Part shown: positions 16,139 through 27,200 of the stretch, piece by piece
Layout of the letters: each line of letters starts with the position of its first letter
How positions within the stretch are numbered: the stretch's first letter is position 1
Origin: Candidatus Thorarchaeota archaeon
Lineage (GTDB): Archaea; Asgardarchaeota; Thorarchaeia; Thorarchaeales; Thorarchaeaceae
NCBI GenBank assembly: GCA_016840855.1
Contig: JAEORO010000116.1
Span: 1-34,124 of the forward strand
Reading direction: 5' to 3'
Length of the DNA stretch: 34,124 nucleotides
Made by a program: the position numbers and the translations under genes
The notes under the pieces: generated by a model
Told to the model about the DNA's origin: nothing
The model's database searches: none
What the model saw: only the letters and a program-made list of their open reading frames with translations

Positions 16139-17566
16139 ATGAGTTTGGTTACATCGATGAGAGCCTCCACATCACCAGCAAAACTATTGATTGTGATACT
16201 AATTGTATCCTTTCTTTCTGTTCCCTCAGTTCGAACTTTTTCTGATGTTGTATTAGTACACAACTCAACTACTGCTAGCGAAGAGCCTCTAAGTATCATT
16301 CTAATGATTGGTGATGGAATGGGTTCTGAGCACGTGGAACTGGCACGTCTTGTTGAGGTTGGTGAATTTGGGTCTTTGAATATGCAAGATTCTGATTGGA
16401 ATGCATCTGCGACTACTCATTCTGCAAATGCTGCTGTTACGGATTCTGCAGCTGCAGCCACTGCAATTGCAACTGGAAGTAAAACAAATAATGGATACGT
16501 AGCGGTAAGTCCTTCACTGGTGGACCTTGAAACAATTTTAGAATATGCTCAAACGCTAAACAAGTCCACTGGGGTAGTATCCACTAGCACTATAGCTCAT
16601 GCAACGCCAGCTAGCTTTATGACTCATGTTAATGATCGAAATGACGACACTGAAATTGTTCGTCAAATTGTAGAGGAGGCTGGTGTAGATGTATTACTTG
16701 GGGGTGGAAGTGGTTTGTTCACTGGTGCCCAAATCGCTTCAATGGCTTCCAATGGTTACTCAATTGTATATAATAGAACTGAGTTATCCACTGTGATTTC
16801 AGGAAAAGTTCTTGGACTCTTTGCAGCTTCTCATTTGGTTTATGAATATGATCGAGATTTTGCAATTCAACCATCTATTTCGGAGATGACAAACAAATCA
16901 ATTGAGCTACTCTCACAGGATCCTGATGGTTTCTTCCTTATGGTCGAAGGAAGTCAAATCGATTTTGCAGCTCATAATAAAGACAAAGTTAGGAATGCAC
17001 TCGAAACCATCGCTTTCGATGACGCTGTAGATGTTGCTATGGATTATGTAAAAGACCACAATAATACAATACTCATCGTAACTGCTGACCATGAAACAGG
17101 AGGATTAGTAGTTCTGAGTCACAATTTAAGCTCTGAACTTCCTGAAATTCTTCTTTCAGAGGAGGACAAACGAACTCTTCGAGCTGAACGTGTAAATAAT
17201 GTGACTGTCGATTGGACTACAACCTCTCACACTGATGCACATGTGCCCTTCTTTGCAACTGGTGATGCTTTCTTGAATATGCCTGAAGACCTCACTATCG
17301 ATAACACAGACATATACGATCTCATGAAGGACTTCTATTTAGGTAATCCACTCAACGAAACAGAACTCACTACTACCACAACTACCACAACTGAATCAAC
17401 AACGACAACAACCAGCGGGACTGAAACAACAACGGATACTACCTCTACAACAGAACCTACAGGTGGACCCAATGTCCCACTTGACTCATATCTGGTACTA
17501 GCAATATCAATAGCATCTGTCATAGTGATCTTGGTTGTACTCATGCAGATTAAACGGCGGCAATAA
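16139..17566 (+). CDS. phoA: alkaline phosphatase, secreted and C-terminally membrane anchored
   Basis: ILMIGDGMG, TDSAAAATA (catalytic Ser), HATPA, MVEGSQIDFAAH, TADHETGG, plus a signal peptide, a Thr-rich linker and a C-terminal TM followed by KRR. Confidence 0.92.
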   Translation: MSLVTSMRASTSPAKLLIVILIVSFLSVPSVRTFSDVVLVHNSTTASEEPLSIILMIGDGMGSEHVELARLVEVGEFGSLNMQDSDWNASATTHSANAAVTDSAAAATAIATGSKTNNGYVAVSPSLVDLETILEYAQTLNKSTGVVSTSTIAHATPASFMTHVNDRNDDTEIVRQIVEEAGVDVLLGGGSGLFTGAQIASMASNGYSIVYNRTELSTVISGKVLGLFAASHLVYEYDRDFAIQPSISEMTNKSIELLSQDPDGFFLMVEGSQIDFAAHNKDKVRNALETIAFDDAVDVAMDYVKDHNNTILIVTADHETGGLVVLSHNLSSELPEILLSEEDKRTLRAERVNNVTVDWTTTSHTDAHVPFFATGDAFLNMPEDLTIDNTDIYDLMKDFYLGNPLNETELTTTTTTTTESTTTTTSGTETTTDTTSTTEPTGGPNVPLDSYLVLAISIASVIVILVVLMQIKRRQ

Positions 17567-17572
17567 ACCAAC

Positions 17573-18562
17573 TCAGGTATCAGATGCTTTCCACGAAAAC
17601 CGTACAATCCTTGAGATTGCTTCGAACCCAAATTGCTCATAGAGCTGGACAGCTGGTACATTCATAGGGTCAACTCCGAGTGTTAGAGTCTTTGCATTCC
17701 TGCCCTGAAGCACTTCTGTTGACTTGGCAAGCAATATTTTTGCTAGCCCTCTCCGTCGATATTTTGGATGAACGCCCATAAACTCTAGATGCTCCTCATC
17801 ATCGGATCGTGTCACAATTAGAATAAATGCGACAATCTTACTATCTGATTCAATAACCAATGATGCTTCTTGATTGATATTACGAGACCTATCAAAGGTC
17901 TTATCGAATTCCTGCCTTCTTTGTTCTTTCGTCATGTCGTATATCCATCTTGCATCGCTTGTGGTGAAGGTTTCGTGGTAACACTCGAAGATTTCGTCAT
18001 TCTCATAATCTGTCATAGGTCGTATCTTATACTCCGCATTTGAGGGAGTTATCTTTAACGCATATTCCAATAGATCTTTTACCATGAAATTGGTGTCCTC
18101 AATCTTCTTCCAACCTTCTGCTTCATACCATGACTTTCTAGTATCGAATGTTGCAAGGTTTTCTTCTGATATTCCCCCAAAACCAACCTCAACTCTGGTC
18201 ATATCATTAGATATTGCGTAGTCGATCGCATTTGAAATAAGAATTCGTGCTACTCTCTCTCTATTCGTGTTGAAGTCAACGAAAGGTTGCCAACGTCCCA
18301 CATTTCCAATGCTTTTGGTTGCACGTTCAATACCCATCCACCCAACTAACTGATTGTCGTGAAAAGCTAGTATAACCACTTCAATTGGGAAACGCTCATT
18401 CATTGTTTTTAGGTGCCTTTCCATTTGCTGAGCTGTATACTTTCCCAGACCCTCTTGCTCTCTGACTCTTGCAGATAGTTCTGCTAATATCTTAATGTCA
18501 AGGTCTGCCCATTTCCAGCATACAATTTTTACATTATTCTGTTTGGTTTCTGTGTCGCTCAT
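17573..18562 (-). CDS. tandem GNAT N-acetyltransferase
   Basis: C-terminal MGVHPKYRRRGLA and NVPAVQLYEQFGF, with a degenerate N-terminal GNAT domain. Confidence 0.88.
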   Translation of the reverse strand: MSDTETKQNNVKIVCWKWADLDIKILAELSARVREQEGLGKYTAQQMERHLKTMNERFPIEVVILAFHDNQLVGWMGIERATKSIGNVGRWQPFVDFNTNRERVARILISNAIDYAISNDMTRVEVGFGGISEENLATFDTRKSWYEAEGWKKIEDTNFMVKDLLEYALKITPSNAEYKIRPMTDYENDEIFECYHETFTTSDARWIYDMTKEQRRQEFDKTFDRSRNINQEASLVIESDSKIVAFILIVTRSDDEEHLEFMGVHPKYRRRGLAKILLAKSTEVLQGRNAKTLTLGVDPMNVPAVQLYEQFGFEAISRIVRFSWKASDT

Positions 18563-18829
18563 AATATCACACTCCTAAACCTCTGAGGGGCTGACAAGTA
18601 TTTTTAATTGAGAAGGTGTCTGGATGGCTGGTTCTTGAAGCAGACAAGCTTAGAGTACATCTTGTTTTATTCATCTCACTCCAAAGATAGACCCAAGCCA
18701 ATGATGAATGTGCCTAAATCAACAATAATTTTCATCGTCTTCAGCCTACCTCCTTGTGAGTTGTAATGAAGTCACACTTGACTACATTCATAAGTATTGT
18801 CAACTGCGCGTATCTGTCAGGTGGATGGT

Positions 18830-20020
18830 ATGAGTCAGGTGAGATGTACATCTGTGATACTTCGCTTCGGAGAGATTGGTATCAAGTCAAACCAGACTCG
18901 ACGTCGCATGACTAGTCTATTGATTAGTCATGTGGAGTCCGCTCTACGAGAGAAAAAAATCCCCTTCGAGAAGATTCATTCGGTTTATGGCAGACTCTAT
19001 ATCGAAACGCGTGAAGCGGAAAAAGCTGCAATGGTTGCAGCTCGAGTATTTGGTGTAGTTTCTACATCCCCTGCTATTCAGACTTCTGCTGAAATGGATA
19101 AGATTCTTGATATCGGTGAGCAGTTAGCTCGTACTCAGTTCAAGAAAGGACTATCATTTGCAGTTGGCGCAAGAAGGATTGGGCAACATCTTTTCTCTAG
19201 TCAAGATATCAGAGAACAACTTGGCGAGAGAATTTTAGACAACCTCTCTGAACTTGAGCTTAATGTCAATCTCTCCAATCCTGAACAGTCTATCTATATC
19301 GAAGTCCGTGAAAATAAAGCACACATCTTCACTCAGACAATAAAGGGAGTAGGCGGGATGCCTACCGGGTCTCAGGGTAAAGTCGTATGTACAATTTCAA
19401 CAGGACTTGACTCCCCAATCGCTGCTTACAAAGTCATGAAACGAGGATGCATTCCTGTCTTTCTACATTTAGATAATATGCCCTATGCTGATAATCAATG
19501 TTCCGAGATTGCAGTGAAACAAGCGCAGCTACTGGCTAACTACATCCATGGCTTCGAGGTCAAACTGTATATTGTCCCTCATGCTCCCGATATCGAAGAA
19601 GCCCGTAAACATGCTCCAGAGAAAATGACTTGTCTTTTCTGCAAGCGAAACATGCTACGGATTGCTCGTGAGATTGCTATACAAGAAAATGCAGATGCCA
19701 TAGTGACTGGTGAAATCATTGGGGAGCAAGCTTCACAGACTACAGCGAATTTGCGAGTCATAGAGCAAGCAGTAACTGATTTTCCTATCCTACGACCAAA
19801 TGCTGGAGATGACAAAGTGGACATAATGCATTTGGCACAAGAGATTGGAACCTATGACTTTGCAAATGAAGGCGCATCCTGTTGCACCCTTAATCCACGT
19901 TATCCCTCTGTGCGAGCAGACCCTGATCAAGTGAAATCCTGTGAGGAACCAATGGACTTCGGAATTCTGAAGGACGAGCTCAAAAACGCTCGGATTATGG
20001 TTTTACGAGAGGGTAAATAA
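18830..20020 (+). CDS. thiI: tRNA 4-thiouridine synthase ThiI (THUMP + PP-loop, no rhodanese domain)
   Basis: RFGEIGIKS, THUMP domain, GVGGMPTGSQG, PP-loop STGLDS, CLFC, GEIIGEQASQT. ATG 18830 is preferred over TTG 18797. Confidence 0.92.
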   Translation: MSQVRCTSVILRFGEIGIKSNQTRRRMTSLLISHVESALREKKIPFEKIHSVYGRLYIETREAEKAAMVAARVFGVVSTSPAIQTSAEMDKILDIGEQLARTQFKKGLSFAVGARRIGQHLFSSQDIREQLGERILDNLSELELNVNLSNPEQSIYIEVRENKAHIFTQTIKGVGGMPTGSQGKVVCTISTGLDSPIAAYKVMKRGCIPVFLHLDNMPYADNQCSEIAVKQAQLLANYIHGFEVKLYIVPHAPDIEEARKHAPEKMTCLFCKRNMLRIAREIAIQENADAIVTGEIIGEQASQTTANLRVIEQAVTDFPILRPNAGDDKVDIMHLAQEIGTYDFANEGASCCTLNPRYPSVRADPDQVKSCEEPMDFGILKDELKNARIMVLREGK

Positions 20021-20189
20021 CGAAAGCACCTATAATTGCTATTAACGACGAAAAACCGCTAAAACATCGCTATATTCTACATTCAAGCATTGGAAGAATT
20101 CTTTCCGGTAATACAAAGTTCTTAAAGAAATATGGTCTTGAAAACGGTGTATAACGGCTGTAATTAGCAGTTAGAGGTGTAAAAAGGTC

Positions 20190-20420
20190 GTGCCGCGATC
20201 AAGAAAGGAACGAATAATCCCAGTAGCCCCGATTGATCGACTCATCCGAAAGGCTGGAGCTGGACGAGTGAGTGATAAGGGAGCAGAAAAGCTAGCAATG
20301 ATTTTGGAAGAAGTTGGAGAAACTCTCGCTCGAAGGGCTTTTGAAATAACAGAGCATACCGGACGAAAGACGATTACAGACAAGGATATTGAACTAGCCT
20401 ATAAGCAATGGAATAGGTAG
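20190..20420 (+). CDS. archaeal histone (HMf family)
   Basis: IPVAPIDRLIRKAGAGRVS...HTGRKTITDKDIELA histone fold, GTG start, GAGGTG upstream. Confidence 0.93.
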   Translation: MPRSRKERIIPVAPIDRLIRKAGAGRVSDKGAEKLAMILEEVGETLARRAFEITEHTGRKTITDKDIELAYKQWNR

Positions 20421-20496
20421 CTCTGAATCGAGGTATAAGTTTTCAAGGCGGCATTTGTATAATATTTTATTCAATCACAGATATTGGTGATTAACC

Positions 20497-21189
20497 ATGC
20501 AAAAGAGAGCTGAGACTGTAGAAGATATGACAGTACTGCTCTCTATTCATGATATTTCCCCGATTTACGAAGATGACATTGTCGCGACATATGATCGACT
20601 CTCAGATTTGAGCATATCAAAATTGACAATATTAGTGACGCCATTTTACGGTTTCAAGAAGAGCAATATGATATCGGAAGATAGTATCTTCACCAAGTTT
20701 CTCAAATCTCTTGACCTTGAGATTGCTATGCATGGCTATTCTCATTTTTCTAAATCAGGATCGTTGTTCGAGTTCGATGGACTGATGCAACCTAAGGTCA
20801 CTACTCGACTCAAGGATGGCGTTTCAATTCTCAAGAAAGCTTTCGGAATGAAACCAACGGGTTTTGTTCCCCCATCATGGGAATCTCCTTCTAAAGTAGT
20901 TAGAGCAGTCAAAGAGATTGGACTTGGATATTGCGTCAACGGGAATAGTATACATCGACTCTCCGATGGAATGATATTCAGCACCGCTGAGAAAATAATC
21001 AGTGAGGGAAAAAGAGCTCTTAATTTAGAACCATCTCTGATTGAGATCGAGCTTGGTGGCTCCCTACAGATTGGTATTCACCCTCTTGATTACTGTACAA
21101 ATGAAATCTTCGTGATTTTGGAAGATCTAAAGGACCGTCTTGGATACAAATTTCAAGCATATTCTGATTTCTTGTCATCTAAAGCATGA
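20497..21189 (+). CDS. polysaccharide deacetylase family protein (DUF2334-like)
   Basis: SIHDISP, EIAMHGYSH, GFVPPSW and IGIHP motifs of the NodB/CE4-like fold. GGTGA SD. Confidence 0.8.
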   Translation: MQKRAETVEDMTVLLSIHDISPIYEDDIVATYDRLSDLSISKLTILVTPFYGFKKSNMISEDSIFTKFLKSLDLEIAMHGYSHFSKSGSLFEFDGLMQPKVTTRLKDGVSILKKAFGMKPTGFVPPSWESPSKVVRAVKEIGLGYCVNGNSIHRLSDGMIFSTAEKIISEGKRALNLEPSLIEIELGGSLQIGIHPLDYCTNEIFVILEDLKDRLGYKFQAYSDFLSSKA

Positions 21190-21233
21190 CCCGTTCGTCA
21201 ACTCTCGAAATCCTCTTTGGTATCAATTTGGAG

Positions 21234-21266
21234 GTGCTAGTTAAACTCGACTAGCACTCTCTCTTT
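21234..21266 (+). terminator. hairpin between convergent genes
   Basis: Perfect 8-bp stem GTGCTAGT (21234-21241) / ACTAGCAC (21250-21257) followed by a pyrimidine tract. Confidence 0.5.
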
Positions 21267-21283
21267 TCATCCTCTATTCTCTC

Positions 21284-24200
21284 TCAGTCTTCTATTCCAA
21301 GACTCTTGATGAGTTCATCAACTAGCTCACGTGGTAAACGACTAGCTTGCTCAATAATCATATCGATTTCATGCAGGGGTACTCCTTTTTTGAGCAGATC
21401 TGCTTTGAGTTCCTGAAGCTCGAACTGAGAGAGTTTCTCGCCTAGTTGTTTTTCTTCAACCTCTGGTGTTTCGATTGTAACTTCTGGTTCCTTAGCCTCT
21501 TCCTCTACCAAGAATATCCGATCCTCAGGTGCTTCTTTTTCAGCTTCTGAAATCTCTTCAACTTCTTCTGGAGCAGAAACCCTTCTAGATGCTTCAATAG
21601 CTACTTCTTCAAGAATCTCTTCGACAGTCTTTCCTCTTGAACGAGCAGCACGGATTGCCTCTTGCATGATAACTTCTTTCACGAAGGCAGCTTGCTCACT
21701 CATCTTCATCTTAGATATATCAGCGTTGAATTCATCCAACTCCTCAGGACTCAAATTAGTCAATATCGATAGTTGGATGAGGAGTTCTCTGATCTCAGGA
21801 ATTTCAATTGGTACTGAAGCCTCTGGCATGTCAGTTGACACTCTTGTGATCGCGAGCTTCTGGAATGTATCATTAAATAGGTCAGCAACTAGTTGTTGTC
21901 TAGTCTTGCTATCTGTAATTGGCTTTGGAATCTTTCCTTTTTGAAGTGCTTTGATTTGACTATTTATTTGTCTCAACCGTTTTGGAATGCTGAAGTATCT
22001 TGTCCAAAGAACCCCAATCAAAAACACTAGGAACAATAGAGGAGTTGCATAAGATATCACTGTTCCCATTGTTTTTTGTTCCTCAGTAGGTATTATTGTT
22101 ACGCTTAGCTCAAGTTCTTTCTGTTCATAATTGTCAAGGCTAAGAGTTATTGTTAGGTCAACATACTGGGTATCGATACCAACAGGAACGAGTGGAGCAT
22201 CGACTCGAATGGTGAGAACATATACGCCGGGGTCTGTTGTTGATCTGTTGGATACAATCTGAACAAGGGCTCTTTCACTTGTCACTGTGAACTTCGCGTT
22301 CGTAATACCTTCACCCGGGACATTCAGCCAGCTCTCATAGTAATAGACATAGACATCAATTGTTTCTCCGTAGTACATTGATATCGTACCATCAATGATA
22401 TTATCCGAACTGAATTCGAGCACAGTTGGACGTTCGATGACTGTGATTGTAATCGGAATGTCGCTATGTGACTGTCTATTTCGCAGATCTACACTTATCC
22501 TTATGAAGAATGGACTATTGGGTAGAGCTCGAGGTACACCAGGTTGCAACTCAAATAGCTCATCTGCAGTTGAATCAAATACAAAATAGTATGTTCCATT
22601 TCCGAAGTCCATGGCATCAAAAGTGATACTTGATACTATTCCTCCGCCATATACTATCACAGTGACTGCTGCTTCCACAAGACCTCCAACATATCCATCT
22701 GAGTCATCTGTATCGTTATAGAAGAAACTAATTAAAATTGCATCACCAAATGGTATTTCCAAATCGTCTGTATGATTGTCTATTTGGTTGTCAGTTGGTG
22801 TGGATAGGGTCAACTCAGTCGGTACTTCTTCAATAATGAGAGAAATAGAGCCAGTACTGACCTGATAGTTTAGCTTATCAAAATCGATAGTGACTGGATA
22901 TCTGATACCTGTTTCCAAGTATGTTGTGTTGATTAGGATTGAATAATACCCATTCCCAAGGTCAATTGCATCACCACTAAAGGGTCCCCATTGGTATTGT
23001 GCTGTTGCATTGTTTATTCCTTTATCAAAATCGATGTCGTGATAATAGAATGTGAGGTTCCCAATCCAGCCCCAGTAAATCACACTTGGAATTGGACTTA
23101 CTACTTCTGTCTTGATTTTTCGTATTGTAATGGCAAGATCAACATAATCCTCTGCCAAGTTACTATCATCAGGTATGCCATGGAATGTCACTCCCCAAGT
23201 TCCAAAAGCCATTTTTGATGTATTAAAAGTGAGTTCCCATAGACCTGATATTGGATTGAAGGTAAAGGTTTCATTGATTTCAAATGCGGAATCAATCCAT
23301 TCAATTGTGGCATTATTAATAGTCAATCCAGATTCACTTTCAGTGAAATTCAGGTAGAATGTAGTCATGTTATTGTAGACTGCATCCATTCTAGTCATCG
23401 TGGGGGTTACAAGATAAATCGTTGTGGAAGTTGCTTGAAGATCCATTTTGAAGACTGCGCTAGCTGGATCATAATTGGTAGCTGATGCTATTACCCTAGC
23501 TGAGTAGATTATGCCTGGTTGCAAAGTAGCAGTTGCATCTGGCAGCAGGGTTGTGTACCATGTGTAATCAGTTGAGTTTTGAATAAGATCATATCTCTTA
23601 CCTAGAAACATCAAATAGACCTCCGATATTCCAGACTCAATCATGATTCCACCATTATACTCATCAGTCAGGTAGACAACAACATCAATAGGATCACCTC
23701 TTGGATGTTCAAATGCTAATTCTGGAGAGTCGATTACTAATTCACTCGGCAAAGAAAGAACAATGAGAGTGAAAGTTGTGGCCGCAATCTTGTATTTGTC
23801 TTTCTCAGCACGCACTTGAACAACTCGAGTACCTGAATCCTGAAGCGAAGTGTCGATGTATGCTTCATATGTTCCAGCTGGGATAATTTCAGAGAAATTA
23901 CCAGAAAATGGACCATAGGTCCAAGTTACAATAGCTCCCGATGTACTATTGAGGTTGAGAAGATCTCTGTAATCAACAACGATGCGTACTTGTTCGGTCC
24001 AATTAAGTGCTATTTCGGATTCTCCTATTGGTACTAAACTGGTTGAGATTCTCTCAACGGTGAATGATGGATTAACAGACATTGTTGTATAGGGGTAATA
24101 ATCGATGGTAATATTCAAGGAGTGACTACCAAATTCATTGAGATCCCCAGTACTGAACTCTATTGAATAAACACCCAACCCTAGATATTGGATAGTCATA

Positions 24201-27200
24201 GGACTGGGAACTATACTTGTTCCGTAGTAGTGGACTTCAAACACACTAATTGGTAGGTTGACTCCCTGGTCATGGTCAAGATCTGTTAGTGTCACTTCCA
24301 CTGTAACGTTACCAGTAATCTGGACTGACGAAGGCGTCGGCACTCCCGCTTGCATATTTGACCATATGAGGTCGACTCCACCGTTTAATTTAATGGGTGA
24401 CCTATTCTTGTAGTATGGCGCATTAGCTTGATTCCACTGCACCTCGAGTTCGAACACGAAGTTACCAATATCACTTGGTCCAAAAACAAGTGCATTGGTA
24501 TCAATTGATATGGTGTATTTGCCTGGTAGACTCTCAATGAGTGTATACTCGCTTCCTTCACTCAATATCCTTACTGGATTCACACAACGAAATATGATGA
24601 TGGCACCAGAAACTGGATTATCGTTATCTTCATCAGTCAAGAAGAAGGTGATATTCATTCGGTCTTTAACTGGCGTTGTTTCAATCTGTTGCGGTTCGAC
24701 AAGGATTATTCGCTGTGTTGTGGATACTTTCATAGAAGTTCCATCATCTGTGTAGAAGGGGGATGTAGTAACAGGCCAATTTACAAAGACTGTGATGTTG
24801 AAATCTTTGACCAATTTAGTAGATAGAACTGTTGAGTTAATTGACACAATAAATATTGAACCAACTGGTGTCAAGACATACTGATTTGAAGCCAGAAGTG
24901 TTCCATTTGAATAGATTAAGACATAGTTCGATGCGATGCCTGAGATCTGAAGTCCACTAATTGCATCAACATAAGCAAAAGTGAAGGTCATATTGTCTAG
25001 ATATCTTGGTTGATTTGCAGGCTCTAATATGTCAACGGACGCAGTCCTTTCTATTGATTTCACTGACACGAGCCTTTGTGCATTATTATGATACGGAGCT
25101 CCTCCAGGCCAGACTGCAGTCACATTAATACTATGGGTACCCAGTGAACCAAGAGCTGACGAATCAATGTAGATTGTATAAACTCCTGGCTCATCTTCGA
25201 CAACGAAGAAATTAACATCCAAAGTTAGCACTCCCGAATTGAGAATGAAGTCCGCACCTGATATCCCAGCTGTGACATCAGCATCCCAATAATAGACCAC
25301 GAAGCTTGCATTTTCACCAAATGGTGCTGGTATTGCAGCTTCTTGAAGATCAAGAGCTGAAGTTCTTGTCCTTATAGTGAAATGAACATAGACATCATCC
25401 CACCTATAGAACGGGTCCACATATGCATAGCTCATATTGAGCCAGAGGGCATGATCTCCCAAGGTAAGAGTTGTCTGTCCGATAGTTGTGATGACAACCA
25501 GATAATCACTGGTCGCTGGTCGCCATGTGATAGTGTAAACCCATGGAGTTCCCGTGTCATTCAGAATACTGAATGATGTAAAGGTATCATCGATATTAGC
25601 CAGCGTCAATATGTCTTGGTATGCCAGTGTGATGTCAATCTGAGTTTCATAACCAACTTGGCCTACTGGATTTGCTGAGAGAATTGTTGTTCTAAATCTC
25701 ACATTGAGTGTCCGAACTGCTGAAGCATCATTCCTGAAGTATCCACCAGTATATACTATACTTACATTGAGGTTGTAAAATCCTGGCACTGAGAAATATC
25801 CTGTGTCGAGTGAAATCTCGAAGTTGCCAAGACCGTCTGGTGTAAGAGTATAATATGCTCCTGGAATCTGGACTCCAAGATAGTAGATTGAGAGAGTGGC
25901 ATCAGGAATGCCCACCTCTGTGACACCACTAATGTCTATGTATGAAACATCGAAGGTAACAAAATCACCATATGGTGTTGGAGCTGGAGCATCGAAATTG
26001 ACTTGTGTCTGTCTCATTGTGATAGTGAAGTAGACAAGCTGAAGCGTTTTGTTCGCATAATATGGCGATCCTGCCCACGTCACATTGATGTAAAATATGG
26101 CAAGCCCAACATCACCAAACTGTGCTGTATTGAAAGACATTGTGAAGATATGGGATGCTACATCATAACTCAAAGACGGGCTTTCAGTGAGGTTGGTTAA
26201 AATCGACATCTCACTTGAAAAGACTACGAGGACCTCCGGTAGTGTCGTTGAGTCAACAAAGGAGAATGTGAAGGTTGCATTTTCACCATAAGGAGTATTC
26301 AAAGGTCTATCTACTGAAACATATGTGCTCCTCGCAATTGTAGTAGCTTTCGTTGATGATGAGTCATCTTTATAGTAATTTGGACTATCTGGCCAATCAA
26401 TTTGAACAGAAATGATTCTGTTCTTGACTAGTCCATCGCTCAAGACAGTAGAACTAATACTAATCTCATATGTATAGCCTGCACCAATTTGAGTCATCGA
26501 AAATTCAGAAGGATTAAGCATGATTAGGTCATTATAGATTGTCACCAAGTCTTTCGTCGCTTGGAGTTCTTGTCCAGTTTCAATATCAATGAAAGAAACC
26601 GTAAAAGACACATTTTCCAAGTAGGGTGTCTGAACTGGAGGTGTGATTACCTCGACATTGGTCGGTCTTCGGGTGACTGAAAGGTCGATATCAATATCCG
26701 CATCATCATGGAATGGAGCTCCTCCTATCCATTCGACTTGAACTGTAACAGTAGTTACACCAATTCCATCTAGCGCTGTTGTTTGTACAATTACTTCAAA
26801 GACTCCTCCACCAACATGAGAGTAGAAATAATCTGTTCCATAGACCAAAGGTGTAACGCCTTTAAGAATGAATATATTGGCACTTGTAATTGGTGACAGG
26901 TCATCTGCATCACTATAATACACTGTGAAGGAAACATTGTTCAAATATGGTGTTGGAACCGGAGCTTCCTGTCGCTCTAATGACGATGCGCGGCTTCTGA
27001 TTTCGAACGTAATATACGCATCATCAAATTTGTAGAAAGGCGTTGAAAAGGCATAGCTCATATTGATGTGGAGGGAATAGACTGAACCTATAGCAAGTGA
27101 GAGCTGGTTTGAAGTTTCTACTGTCAATTCGTAGTATCCCATTGAAGGGTTCCAATCAATAACATAGATCCAGCTGGAACCATTCAGGATCTCGAATGCT

